A DNA stretch of 64,000 bases from positions 26,151,947 to 26,215,946 of the forward strand of contig JASCQW010000122.1 of NCBI GenBank assembly GCA_030264375.1, in the 5' to 3' direction. The stretch comes from Carcharhinus longimanus (lineage: Eukaryota). Below the pieces are notes generated by a model. That model was not told the DNA's origin. It did no database searches and saw only the letters and a program-made list of their open reading frames with translations. The translations under genes and the position numbers were made by a program. Position 1 is the first letter of the stretch. Every line of letters starts with the position of its first letter. Below, piece after piece: positions 21,990-34,670 of this stretch.

Positions 21990-22590
21990 TTAGCCCTTCA
22001 ATTCTGCACCAACAACACCCAGTCCCTAACCCCACCTATTTTCCTTGCTAATCTCTCTGATGCTCATGGTCAATTTAGTATGGCCAATCAACCTAACCTG
22101 CGCATCTTTGGACTGCGGAGGAAATTGGAGCTCCAAGAGGAAACCCATGCAAGCAAGGGAAGAATGTGCAAACTCCACACAGACAGTTGTCCGAGTCTCT
22201 GGCACTGTGAGGCAGCAATGATAACCATGGGACGGCATAGTGGCACAGTGGTTAGCACTGCTGCCTCACAGAGCCAGGGACTCAGGTTAAGTTCTGGCTT
22301 TGTGTCACTGTCTGTGTGGAGTTTGCATGTTCTCCCCGTATCTGTGGATTTCCTCTGGGTGCTCTGGCTTCCTCCCATAGTCGAAAGAAGTGCGGGTTAG
22401 GTTGATTGGTCATGCTAAATTACCCCTTAGTGTCCCAAGATGTGTAGGTTAAGGGGATTAACAGGGTAAATACCTGGGGTATGGGGATAAGGTCTGGGTG
22501 GGATTGTTGTTGGTGCAGGCTCAATTGGCTGAATGGTTTCCTTCTGCACTGTAGGGATTCTATGATAACCACTGTGCCACCTTGCTGCCC
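21990..22590 (-). mobile_element. HE1 V-SINE interrupted by an opposite-orientation HE1
   Basis: Reverse body at 21990-22227. The head resumes at 22562-22590 (taaccactgtgccaccttgctgccc). Confidence 0.85.
22229..22561 (+). mobile_element. Full-length HE1 V-SINE, tail A, TSD atgataacca
   Basis: Head, V-domain and CR1-like tail are present. A 10-bp direct repeat sits at 22218-22227 and 22562-22571. Confidence 0.9.
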
Positions 22591-24025
22591 TAACTTGAGA
22601 TGAATAGGTTTAAGGATTTACAAATGGATTTGAATTGGTTAAATTGTAGATTAAGGAGTAGAATCACCAACGTAATTTTCTTTGGATAACACTGAATGCA
22701 ATGCATTGGGTCAGTAAGTGCAAGATTAGGAAAGTCAACAAGTGTGGATGGATGGTGTCGATGGGGATCGTCAGATTTTTGGGCACTGCAATCACTTTTG
22801 AGGTGAGACAAGCTTGTATAGATGGGTTAGTCTGCACTGAACCAGAGAGGCAACGTGGCTTTGCAGAAGCAGGAAAGAGACTGATGGCAAAAAACTGAAA
22901 CTATTAGGGTGTGGTAAACCAAAAAGACCAGCCAAACACATAGCGGGAAAGGGGGGGAGATAGTTACCCAAATAAGAATACCGTACATGAAGATAAGAAA
23001 TAAGTGAGTCAGGAGCACAAATTCAGATTAAGGAATTTAATGTCACAGCCATCACCAAGATCTGGTTACAAGTTGGGCAGGGTTAGAAGCTATACATTTC
23101 AGCTGTGGGATCTTCAGAAAAGATTATACAATGGAGCAGCAATATTGATCTAAGAAAACACAATTACAGCAGTAAGGGATGATACAAGCAGTGGATGCAC
23201 AATGGGTAGAATTAAGGATGAGCAAAGACTTTAACACATTACCTACGGAACTCTTAATAGGAACAATGTAGTGGGGTGCTGAAAAATCTGGAGATCTGGA
23301 AAAAATGTAGGGTCTTAATTTATGAATTATGAAGATTTGGTTCCCATTATGAATATTAATTGGGTGTTTCATTTTATTTAAGTGGTGGGCTTTAATTGGG
23401 GACCTGCATGTGGTCAGATATAGAAGACTAGGCTGAAGCTATGCTTGCTGGATTAGTTCAGCAGATTATTTAATGTGTGTCTTTATTGATAAAAGCTTGT
23501 ACATGTATGTTACCGATGAAGGATGGGGAAAATTGGAGATTATGCCAGCGAGATTTGTGATTTCCGGTTTTCACCAGATTTTGACCTCATACATCAAGAG
23601 TGCAAGCTCAAAATCCTGCCCATGGTCTTGTTGTGGTTGTATCCTGCAAGAAATAAGATACTTTCTGAGATGGATTCCAGTCAGTTGATGAAAGTTTCTA
23701 GATTTCATCCAAGAATTCTATTACGAAGGTTACCTGTTAAATGTGTAGAAAGTCTGGTCAGAATTGGCTAGGTTTTGGAAAAGGCCATTCAGTTTCTCGC
23801 AGAATTCAGCAAATTGGATAAAAGATCAACCAAGTTCAGTTTGGGCACCTCTGTATAGATGCTAGTGTTTAATGGATTATGTTGAGGTATCTCATCCGGT
23901 CAGTCAATTAATTCTAACTGATACTCAGTTCTTGAAGAAGGAGACTCAGTTGAATCAGGTACTTGATGCCTTAAAAATTCTTGGGAAATGATCATTCCCT
24001 TCAGCCTTTGTGGAAAATTTGACGA

Positions 24026-24186
24026 ATGGCCAATCCATCTAACCTGTACATCTTTAGACTGTAGGAGGAAACCACAGCATCTGGAGAAAACCCATGCAGA
24101 CATGGAGAGAACGTGCAAACTCCACACAAACAGTGTAGAGAATTGAACCTGGGTCCCTGGTGCTGTGAGGCAGCAGGTTCCACCAT
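24026..24186 (-). mobile_element. HE1 V-SINE, partial
   Basis: Reverse V-domain and head. Confidence 0.85.
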
Positions 24187-24532
24187 TTGAGGTCACTTGA
24201 GTGTGGTAATTCCATGGAAAGCAGCTAGAACAAGTGATTTTATAAGTACTGAAGTAATATCCAGTGGGATGCCTCTATGAAAAAGACACAAAACAAACCT
24301 GACATGGAGAACCGTAAGACAGTTTTTGGGAAATCATTAGCTCTGCAGCTTACCCAGTCAGGACATTCCCTTAACATGAAACCTGAAGTTTTACGTTAAT
24401 GTTCAACCAATATTGATGTTATTAGTTGCTAAGGATAAAATTCTGAAACCACCTGATGAGGTAGCAGATACAGAAGGTAAATTGTGGAAATTGAGCAAAA
24501 ATATCACGATTGAAATGATTCTTCCAGGATAA

Positions 24533-24880
24533 AGGGAGAGGCAGTGGCACAGTGGTGTTGTCACTGGACTAATAATCCAGAGACCCAAAGCAAGATCTGG
24601 AGGTCCAGGTTCAAATGTCACGAAAGGAGATAAGTGCAATTTGAGTTCAAAAAAAATCTGGAATTAAAATTCTGATGATAACCATGACACGTCATTAAAA
24701 ACCCATCTGGTTCACTAATGTCCTTTAAGGAAGGAAAATTTCTGCCCTTAGCTAGTCTGGCCTACATGTGACTCCAGACTCCCAGTAATGTAGTTGACTC
24801 TTAAATGTCTTCTGAAATGGAGGGCAGTTCAGGATGCCCCAGCCAATGACGTCCAAATCCGGTAAAATGAATAAAAAAAT
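24533..24880 (+). mobile_element. Family-2 tRNA-headed SINE
   Basis: gggagaggcagtggcacagtgg...ggttcaaat...aacccatctggttcactaatgtccttt...aatgaataaaaaaa. Confidence 0.85.
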
Positions 24881-26892
24881 AGAATTTCTTGGTGAATGAG
24901 CAGACCCAGAGGGAGCTAGATTTATTTTGGCATTTAATTTGGTCTGTTGGTATTATGAAGGAAAAATTTCACACGCTCTCATGATGCACGTTGGTGATTT
25001 CTTACGTGCTGGTAACTGTGGAATTTGAGAAAATTACTTTAAGGTTAGAGCAGAATTTTAGATTGCGAGTCAGGCTTGTGTGGATTTAAAATAAATTGTT
25101 TTAGATATTAAGCAAAGTGGGTCTGGAATAATTTTTATCAACAATCATAACTAAAGAGTGTTACTCCCAGTTAATTTGACTCGGTTATCACAGAATGATT
25201 GTTATATTTAAAGAAGAATCAAAGCTCTTGTCAAGCCTGTTTCGTTAGTTGAACTGGTTGTGCAGTCACACTGGGCCAGATGCTTGTTTTGTTTTGTTAG
25301 AGTTAAATACTTTGATGAAATATCCCTAAGAAGAAGATATTTTAAGGACAAATAAAATGTTACAAACATAAAATCTAGAAAAATCTGTCCTCGAGTTTCT
25401 TTCCTCAGCTTTGTCCCTTAAATAGTACTCCTTGAAATTCTTTATTTCCCTATAATTTGCATCAATTACACTTGTGAAACATTTGTATATTATTTTAATG
25501 AGTATTGCAGAATTTTTTGATTTATGATGCTGATCTGTATACAGATATTAATGGACAGTAGTTGAGGGATAAATTCATATTAGTGGTTAATTTGGTCTTA
25601 CCACTTGTGTGTTAAATGAGATTGCATTCTTGTCAAACGTAGTCCCCTTAATCACTTTTCCTCACTGAGGTGCAGGCAGGCGCCACATGGATTGTATGGA
25701 GCCCTGTGACTCTGCAGCCAGTTGTAGAATGCTTACTACAAATTATGATTGCTCCAGCTCCTATCGTATATATGTTGGGTGTATCGATGCTAACTCGATT
25801 TGCTCACCGTACATTTTGATGATTGATAGGAAGGACATTATTTTCAATATCTTTGTTTGCTCAACCAATTAAATGTAATGAGATTCCTGTAAATATAATG
25901 GAACTTGACCATTTCATATCTGAAACCAAACTTTGGTGCTTCCGTAAATCCTGTTTCGTTTCAAGGGGATCAGATATACCAAGTAATTGCACTTTAACAA
26001 AGTGCAAACCACTCACCCAACATGCTTCCTAAAGTGCGAGCTGTAACCTGATTCCTTTAGGTGAAATTTAAGTATAATAAAGTAATTGTGTTTGAATGAT
26101 GTGGGAAGTCCTCGCTGCGGACTTGTTTCTGCCTGAATACACTATGATCTATGACTCTATAACTGACAGTAATGGTAATGGAAAATGGCTTGTGTTCTTT
26201 GTCCAACCTTAAATGTGGGTGGTTTCTGGAATAGGGTCCGTACTTCCTTTTCCACTAAAGAATGATCAACAGTTTAAGCATTAGACTGACACCGAAGAAC
26301 CATGTAAATTTAGTCTGCCGGGGTCATTTGTTTGTTGTTGGTTAGTTACTGACAACAGCCACAGCCTCAGAGATAGGTTCTACTCCTGGGAAAAAGATAG
26401 ATTGTTTGGCTTGCTTGCTGGCTGAGATTGTAAGTGTAGCCCTTAAGGTGAGAATTCTTGGGGGAAGAGGTTTGAATCACGGCCCGTGAACTTAATGTGG
26501 AACTTGGAGGAGCACTCTTGTTTCTCTCGGCTTCACAAGAAGATGCCAGAATAAAAATGGTCATTTTGGTAGTTGGCTTCCATATATGTGAGAATACTGG
26601 TTGTAGAATGCACCATCAGTATGCATCAAAGCAACATCATCATCCTGTTTAAAGCTTTGAATTTTACAAAAATGATAACAACCAAATTTGATTTAAGTTA
26701 TGTGAATTTAAAAAAAGTGGGAGGTATTGGTGCAAAGTGATGATTTAAATTTCCAAATGTGCACTGATATTTTAGCTGTTAGTCATTGATGTTTTGTTAA
26801 GCGGAAACACCTCTTTAAATTATACCTACAACATAGTATTGGTTCAGAATGAGTTTTGGGAATGTCACTGATTATGTTCCTTTATTTTGCAG

Positions 26893-27024
26893 TGTTTCTG
26901 TGCCTTCCAGTTGCGAAGAGCCAGTTCTAGCTTTCCCTCTACCTCTTCCACTTCTAACTCTGCAATCTGACGATACAGATAAGCCAACCATTGATGTAGC
27001 AGAGCAACAGAAAGAGCTTGTGAG
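26893..27024 (+). CDS. Cassette exon D (132 nt, phase 2-2): (S)VSVPSSCEEPVLAFPLPLPLLTLQSDDTDKPTIDVAEQQKELV
   Basis: Acceptor tttattttgcAG, donor AG|GTATGT, open frame. Paralogous to exons B and E. Confidence 0.85.
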
Positions 27025-27619
27025 GTATGTTTGGAAGAAGAAGAAAGATTGGCATTTGCACAGAGCTTCGCAAGACAACTGAACATCTTAAAGTGTTTCA
27101 CAGCCAAGGATGTATTTGTGAAGAGTTTAGTCACTGTCCTAATGTGACGTGGTGCAGATGTGTTTTATTTTAACAAGACCATGGGGCTAAATCATAGCCT
27201 TTTTTGTCTGTGTGTTATGCATCAAGAGGTTGAAGGGAGGATTGCATGTCTATGTGATCGTTTCTTTGCACCCTGTCAGGAAATGCTTTGTGCCCAAAAT
27301 TTCACGCTGGAAATCTATCCCCATATTTGTACATATTGTTACTAAAACACAAAATGTTCAGTAGAATTTAAGAACTTTTCCTGGTACAATAAACTAGGAA
27401 CAGTGGCACTATGGGATCCATGATGGTCAGGTAACTGGTTGAAGAGGCAGATTATTTGGCATTTCAAGATTTAGCAGAAATTTTGATGGAGTGAATTTGA
27501 TAATCGACTAGGTATCTACAAGTGCAATAAGAATGCCAAACCAAAAGGTTTCCTCTTCACATGTCGACAACGTTCATTTAAGTTCACCTTAGTTGACACC
27601 ATCTGAATGCATTAAATTA

Positions 27620-28992
27620 TTGGCCATGGACTTCTGATCAGCAGCAGAACAAGACCACACGTGACGGGTCCTGTTTCAAACTGCATCTTGACCTCTGCTT
27701 GGAAGCCCTGGGTTCTGCCTGTCCTGGCTGCAGGCTGATACAGCAATGAGGTTGGTCAGGAAGCCCAGTGATGCAGTGCCACTGTAGTGAAGTGACGTCC
27801 CCTTGTTATCTTGAACTGAATGCAGGCCCTTTGAGATATGTTTTCAGTTCATTCAATCTCACTGTTTTGGACCCATCTTTATTAACAAGGCCCCACACGC
27901 AAACCTGCACTGCCAACACTACTCGACCTCACTCCACACATTTGTCAAAACCCACAACACTGCTCATCCATCCCATGCACCCCGATGGCTATTTTTAAAT
28001 TGACCTGTCTGCTTTCAGGTTTCCCCCAGCCAAGCCCACATCTCCAATACATTCCAGTCTCCTGCTGCTCACAATATCCAGCATTGCTCATAACCGCCCG
28101 CCCTCCTCTCCCCCTGCACCTTGACTCTGCCTTGCTTCCTCCCTGGCGCTTCTCACCTCCCCTCCTTTCCCCACCCCCAATGACCACTGCCAGACTTCTC
28201 AACACTGTTCCCGTCACCCTGCAACCATGAAAATATTCACTCCCCACCCCACCCTGCCCTTGTATTCCCAGCCATGCTCGACCTTCTCCTGACGCCAAGC
28301 CCCATCCCCGATTTGCTTTCAAATGGATCCTCTCCCTGTTTAAGCTTTCCCCTACAAACCAACACTTCTGACTCTACTCCGAATCTCCCCCAGTGCTCAA
28401 CCCCCTCATCACCATTCCACACTTTCCAGCAGCGCTTAGTCTCCTCAATGAGAATGCTTACCCCACCTCCCCTCATCCCCCCAACACTGCTCACTGTCCC
28501 CACAGCACTGAAAATACTCACCCCCTCCTGCACCCCCTGACAATGCTGAGCCTCCTCCCTCACACTGCTAATTCCCTATCCAATCCCGGTCTCCCGGCTC
28601 TGCTCTGACATTGGTCCGACCAAGGAGCCAAGAATTCCGGATGTTGAGCCGGGGTGGGGAGTAGGGTGAACTGTTCTGAGGTGGACATAGCAGGAGGGGG
28701 TTGGGGGTGGTGCATGGTAAGCAGTGTCAGGGGTGCCCTGGGTCCACCTGATTTACTTGGAGCTGCACTGATCAGCAGTGATCAGTCTGCTAGGACCAGC
28801 TCCAAAATTATCTGTGTAGAAATCAGTGTAAGTTTTGGCCAAACAGTTCAAGTTAATGCACTTAGCTGTGCCATGGAGTCATTTCTGGTGTTCTAAGTGT
28901 TCTGGGTTCAGAAGCTGGCTCCCAGGAACTCCCAATACCACTTCCATCCTGATCTCGACGCGAACTGCTATTTAATTGGAAGATCCAGGCCA
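27620..28992. mobile_element. Non-autonomous DNA transposon relic with a C-rich spacer
   Basis: Imperfect inverted ends (tggccatggacttc and gaagatccaggcca). The interior 27890-28610 has strong C/G strand asymmetry. Confidence 0.4.
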
Positions 28993-29305
28993 GTATTTCT
29001 GTTTTGCTATCCTTGTGTCTTGTGAGGGCACAGTGAAAACAACATCAGTTTTCCTCGAAAATCAGAAACCAGCTTGGTTTTGTTCGCTTGCTATCGAGTG
29101 GCCGCTCACTGATTCCATGACCTATGATGGGGTCTTTGCTCAAGGGTTACACAGATTGTATCCGCTGAGTTCCAGCCCTACATTCTTTACAAATAGTCAC
29201 TTCTCAACTTAATTTCTTGCAGGTAATTTTTATGTTTTGGGTCTTTTAACAAATCTAACATTCAATAGAAAGTTGCCTAATGACTATATTTCAGAAAGGC
29301 ACCTA

Positions 29306-29342
29306 TACTAATTTTAAGGGTTATATTTTAAGATCCAGTTCA
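29306..29342 (+). repeat. 37-bp perfect direct repeat, copy 1
   Basis: tactaattttaagggttatattttaagatccagttca, identical to 30108-30144. Confidence 0.95.
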
Positions 29343-29610
29343 TTTTTACCAGTTTCCGGCATTCAAACAATCCATTTAGATTAGAATAAAATGAAAAGTG
29401 AAGCAAACTGCTTTGAGATTGACATGTAGGTGGGGCTATCCCAGTGTGCATTGGGTAAGGGAATGAATCAATACATTTCTTCATTTTTGCATAATGCAAA
29501 TAGTTTGACATGTGAAAACATGTAAAAAGCCATGTCAAAGTGGAAGTTATTTGATCTTACCGAGGTGATTGTGCCTATTGTATCTAAATTGTGATGTTAC
29601 TGTGTAGTTC

Positions 29611-29774
29611 TGATGTGGAGATGCCAGTGTTGGACTGGGGTGAACGCAGTAAGAAGTCTCACAACACCGGGTTAAAGTCCAACAGGTTTGTTTGATAGTA
29701 AAAGCCACTAGATTTTGAAACGCTGCTCCTTCGTCAGGTAAGTGTTGTTCAGGTATTGTGAGACTTCTTACTGT
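29611..29774 (-). mobile_element. Short Penelope-pLTR element with a hammerhead remnant and a short inverted arm
   Basis: Reverse copy of 775-915 (minus strand CTGACGA aggagcagcgtttc AAAA). TSD-like ttactgt(g/a)tagttc on both sides. Confidence 0.85.
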
Positions 29775-29867
29775 ATAGTTCAGCAGCTATTGGTAATAAA
29801 ACCTGCTCTGTCATTTTATTTTACCTTATGGAACACTTCAAATCTTGTCACGTTTTGCGTTTTCCAG

Positions 29868-29993
29868 TGTTTCGTTATCAAGTGACTCGGAAGAGCCAAT
29901 TGTTCCTCCTCTTCCATTTGTACCACCCCCTCTTTCACCTGAAGGAAGTAACGAACCAGAGGTTGATACGACAGACCTGCAGAAACTTCGAAG
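29868..29993 (+). CDS. Cassette exon E (126 nt, phase 2-2): (S)VSLSSDSEEPIVPPLPFVPPPLSPEGSNEPEVDTTDLQKLR
   Basis: Acceptor ttttgcgttttccAG, donor AG|GTATGT, open frame. Paralogous to exons B, C and D. Confidence 0.85.
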
Positions 29994-30107
29994 GTATGTG
30001 GTGTAAAAGTCTGACTTCTAAGCTTGTTATTCTGTCACTGTGTTTTCTAGTTTATAACTAATCAACAGATTGAAGATGAAAATCAGTTCGCAATTGTCTG
30101 ACTTTCG

Positions 30108-30144
30108 TACTAATTTTAAGGGTTATATTTTAAGATCCAGTTCA
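30108..30144 (+). repeat. 37-bp perfect direct repeat, copy 2
   Basis: Identical to 29306-29342. Confidence 0.95.
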
Positions 30145-30675
30145 CTGTGAGAGTGTGTTTTGATCAAGTTTGATGGTGAGTTGAGGAGACTCTTGTCCTT
30201 TCTTGAGTTGGAAGCTCACCCTAGTGGACAAAATCTATCAATGCAGGAACTTGTCCAGACCTGAGGACAGTGATATTTCTTGTCTGGTTCTGGCTGTTTC
30301 AGCTGCTTGTGTTGAAGGAATGAAGACTAAGAACTTGCATCTCTTTGTCATCTTTAGCATTTAAACCATTACTATGATTTAAAAAAAAAAATGTTTAATG
30401 GACTCTTGCACTTGGTTAAGGTGCTAGGTGCAATGTTTCTCATGCTTTTTATGTCTTTGATTTGCCTGTGTAAGCCCGACAGTGCTTATTTGCAAGGATC
30501 GTCACATTCCTGTGGTATCGTGGCCAGAGATTTCCTGCTCCTAGGTTACTACAGTGCCCTGAAAATTTTATGTCTACGAAACAGCCATAACTGCTCCCCA
30601 GTCACATAGCTCTGCTGGAAATCAGGATTTTGAGAGCTTTGAAATGTACCGAATTTTGCTTTCTGTTTTGTGGCT

Positions 30676-32590
30676 GTTATGATCCCAGTTGATGATGATA
30701 TAACTGGATGGAAGATCCCAGAATGGAACCCTGCCTCAAAAGATCGTACCTTTTTAATAAAAAAGTGGAGGAACAGAGTCACAGGGCTGCTAACTACTTC
30801 TAAGAACAAAAACACATTTATTAAACATAGAAGTTGAGTTTTTATACAATACTCCTTTACTCCCTCTTTGCTTCACAATCACGCACTGATTTTAAGATTG
30901 ACATGAATCACAAAGTACATCTGAAGTTGCAATGGTCTCATTAGTGCACATGTTCCCTTTACAGCAAACTGATTGGCAGCGGTCAAATGCGCGCACTCCG
31001 CTCTCAACACAAGTTACTGTCTGTGGATTTCTCTTTGGAAACTCCCCAGATGATTATCAGATAAGAGTTTCTAAATTCTACTCCCAAAACATGCTAATCT
31101 TGAGTCCGCGCTCTTCATCCACAGGAATGGGAGTGGGAGCTCAAAATCTGTCAAAACCAGCGAGATTATGATCTCTGATTTTTGCTGCCTTTCGCTGGTG
31201 ATGTAATTGGGTTCTTGCCCACAACAGGCACGAACCTGATTTTAATAAAAGTAAATCAAATTAAAGACACCCCCTTGTCACATACTTCTACCCACTCACC
31301 CAGCCAGGTCTATTTTGAAACCTCACTGATGTGATGCCACGTCAGCACGGTTTACAACAGGTCCACCCAGACATTAACATGTTGTGGGGATTCCCCACGG
31401 GGGTGAAAAGGTCAGTATGTCCCCCAGGGGAGAGTGACATGGCCTGACAGTGCCCTGGCAATGTCCCTGGCACAAGTTGGCATTGTCAGGTTTGCACCAT
31501 GCTGGCAGAGATGCCGGCTCCCATTGCAGGGTCTGGGGTAGCCCCTGAGTCCTCCGTGGTATGGAGGTTATTCTTTTTGTTAGGGGTGCCCTGATCTCAG
31601 AGCACCTGGCCTTTACTGGCTTGTTTAGGCCCCACCCTCACCATGTCCTCCTGTTTTATTTAGGGAGTGGTGTAAGATCTGAAGTGAAACACATTAGTTT
31701 GCAGTCAGACCCTGACACCTTGGTAAGATTCCATCTATACTCTCATTATAGTGCCTTTCCTTAGTGGTTTGCAAAATGCAGACCAAGTTTCCCAAATGAT
31801 GCATTTAAACAAAGCTTCAGTGAATCCAGTGTCCAGGATTTACACCTCCTTTTAAGATTTCTTTGTCTTGACAGCTGTTCAAATGGTCGCAATTGCTTTA
31901 ACTCCGAATTCCCAGACACTTATTAAAAAGACATCAAACATTTCATCTACCTCTGAAGTCTGCTTTGTCACTTCAAATCTAGTTACTGCAAGTATTTCTT
32001 TATCCCAGAACACTCTGGGCAGGATTTTCCACCAAAACCGGCAAGCCCCGCCTGAGTTCAACAGTCTTTTCCATGATCCACCCCTCTGTCACTCTGATTT
32101 CTGTGGTGGGCGGGACGGTAAAATTTGCCCCCCTGTTTATCCTTCCTTGAATTCTTCTGAATAACATTTTGCTCTTTGTTCACTTAACTTCAGTCACCTG
32201 AAACATTCTTTCTGCCCTAATTTCATAGATACCTGAACTGTATCTTGTTCCTTAGGAAACCCGAATCTTTGCCAGAAATTGGACAGGACAAGGAAGTGGC
32301 AATGTTGAGAGCTGTTCGCTCCTCAGTGATCTGGTCCCACTGCCAATAAATTCAGCTAAAACTTAATAGCTCTTTTATCCTTACAAGGTCCCAGTTGCTA
32401 AGCAACCATTGCTGGTCTATTTATTCTTTACACCATAGTCCTCTCTAAGCACATTAGAATTGCAGTTGGAATTGAAACCAACCCCCACACACACAAATAA
32501 ATACCTTTGCCCAGCATGAATGTAACTGTTGGTTTTACCCATCCAGGTATAGAAATCTTAAGCACATTCAAAATTATACCTTTGTTTTTC
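30676..32590 (-). mobile_element. Probable solo LTR with nested DNA-transposon/MITE inserts (about 31100-31750 and 32017-32133)
   Basis: Starts TGTTATGA and has a reverse poly(A) signal (tttatt) at about 30817. The MITE at 32017-32133 has inverted ends gggcaggatttt and aaaatttgccc. The right boundary is uncertain. Confidence 0.4.
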
Positions 32591-33744
32591 AATAAAAAGC
32601 AAATTACAGTGGATGTTGGAATATTGATTGGACTCTTTTTCACCTTGAGCCTAGTGCTTGCAAGGCCTTTAAGATATTTGCTTTTTGTTTCTGTTCTTCG
32701 GAGAGATTTAGGTTGGAATACCATTTGTAGCAATCTCTCCCTGGCAATGCTGAAAGCATTGTTACTCATATTGGCTGCAACTTGTTAATCAAATCTCATA
32801 CTTTTGCCTCTGTGTGGAAAAACTACCCCTTTTCATTTTGACATAAGCTTGGAGAAGAAAATTAATAGCCATTTTGACTTATCTTCTTGCCTTCCTTTTA
32901 AATGACTTTCTGTGGCTTTTAGCAGCTTACTGCAGCTCTGAACATCTGTGTTCTCTCTCCAGCCCTAGAACCTCAAACTCAACTCTACTTGTGGCACCAT
33001 GCTATGAATGGTGCTTCTAGTGTAGCGTTTTTATTAGAATTGAGTATAACATGGCTGACAGAGGTCACATGACTATGGCAAGCCAGGTAGTATACGATTG
33101 CATTTCAATCCCAAAGAAGCATCATTGAGCCATGTTGACCAGGCAAGTCCCACATTTGATGTCAACAGCATCCACCACGCCCCCTTCCCCCTTACCTCGT
33201 TACATTCAGGATGCTAAAACTAGTCACTCTTAATGTCCCTAGGCAACACTAAGATTCTTGCCCCTCTAATCTTGTGACTCAGTGCAAGAGACATTTTCTT
33301 CTGGTGCAGGAGGCGGATGGGCAAGAACAACATTGCACTTTGCTGGGATGATTCATGCAATCAATTAACGAGCTTGTTGATAATTTTTCAAGTCTACTCT
33401 TGAAAAAAGGCCACGTGGCCAAGGTACTGAATGATTGCCCCGAAAAGATTGGTACTAAAGAACTGCCTCTGTCTGTTGAATGACAGTTTGCTGAGTTACT
33501 TCCTTCAGAAGTAGTGAAGTAAGAAAGAAAAAGAAAATCTAAGAGGGATGTTGCAATGCTGAATGATCAGTAAATCCATCAATATTTGTCTCATTAGCAT
33601 ATTCAATTTGTAACCCCCAGATTTCCACATATATATGTGTGTATCATCAAATGTACATTATGTACAGTCTCAATCGGAGACGGATGAGAACAACATTGTT
33701 TGCTTTAACACACGCCAACACCAGTCAGCTTTGAAGAAATTAAG

Positions 33745-33848
33745 AGCAGGATTCTCCAGCCCAGCCTGCTGCCAGGTTCACCTGGTCCGACAGAAAGTCA
33801 GTTGATTTTTGGTTGGCAGCCAAAGTGTGTGGCCGGAAAATCCCAGCC
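33745..33848. mobile_element. MITE (Harbinger-like TIRs)
   Basis: Inverted ends gcaggattctcc and ggaaaatcccagc. Confidence 0.5.
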
Positions 33849-34608
33849 TAAGAATTTACCTGATGATCCAACTTACTCTCAGGCCTGAATTTGTTGACTC
33901 TGCTGAGGTTGGGAGTTGAGGCAGATGGACCTGAAATTACAGGTGCTAGCTGGCGTGATGCTTTCCCAAGTCTGGGCAAGGTGGGTTTGTGGCCGCCAAG
34001 TTTATTAACCGCTCCAGGGAGGTGGGCAGACAATTAGGCTCATTACAGCTTGTTTAACAGAGTTAAAGGAGGCTGACAGGCATTTTTCCATCAGCTTTCA
34101 GTTTCCCGATGCAAGTGGGGGCTCGTAAGTTGCCCGGAGGCATGCCTACAGCATGGTGGAGTGGAGTGGGGTGGGTGAGCAGATCAGCACCCCAGAGAAG
34201 CCTTCAGGTCTTCTCTGTATGACTGGGTGTGGGTGCTGTCAAAAGCTGTCCTATGGAGGGATTTCCTCTAACCCTCTCCTACTCCTTGCATGTTCCCACA
34301 CCAGCGCGCACGCACCACAAGAGCACCTGCTACCCAGATTAGTAATTATAATACAATGTCTGTGCAGATCAGTGTAATCAATGGCAATCTGCACAATTAC
34401 AGTAAGCACTGGATAACAGGACAGCTTCATTTTTAACTATGTCCAGAATAGTTTTGCAGCTTCTGGTGTTTTGGCTGTAACAGACCAAGTAAGCTCCTGC
34501 TTAGGTGTGTAAAACAGCTTGCAAAATAGAAGAATAAAATGTAGCCCAAGCTGGCTTTTTAGGTGAACAGGGTGGCAAAAACTGCAGCCCAGAAACCCAG
34601 CTGAAGTC

Positions 34609-34670
34609 ATGAAAGGGTTAAAAATGAATGAGAACGAGACTTCCTTTGTGCATTCTGGCAGACCCCCAAG
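34609..34670 (+). CDS. Candidate alternative first coding exon: MKGLKMNENETSFVHSGRPP(R), phase 2
   Basis: gtcATG with an in-frame upstream TGA (34564) and a strong donor AAG|GTGAGG. It would splice in frame to exon F. The surrounding sequence is non-repeat. Confidence 0.5.

Noticed and set aside
21858-22400. Longest ungapped ORF (180 aa)
   Set aside because: It consists entirely of nested HE1 SINE sequence.
25687-25872. Strong Kozak ATG (gccacATGg) with a 61-aa ORF upstream of exon D
   Set aside because: No convincing phase-2 donor follows, and no recognisable protein.
27945-28608. Several overlapping Pro/Gly-rich ORFs
   Set aside because: They result from the C-rich strand-biased spacer of a transposon relic, with no splice support.
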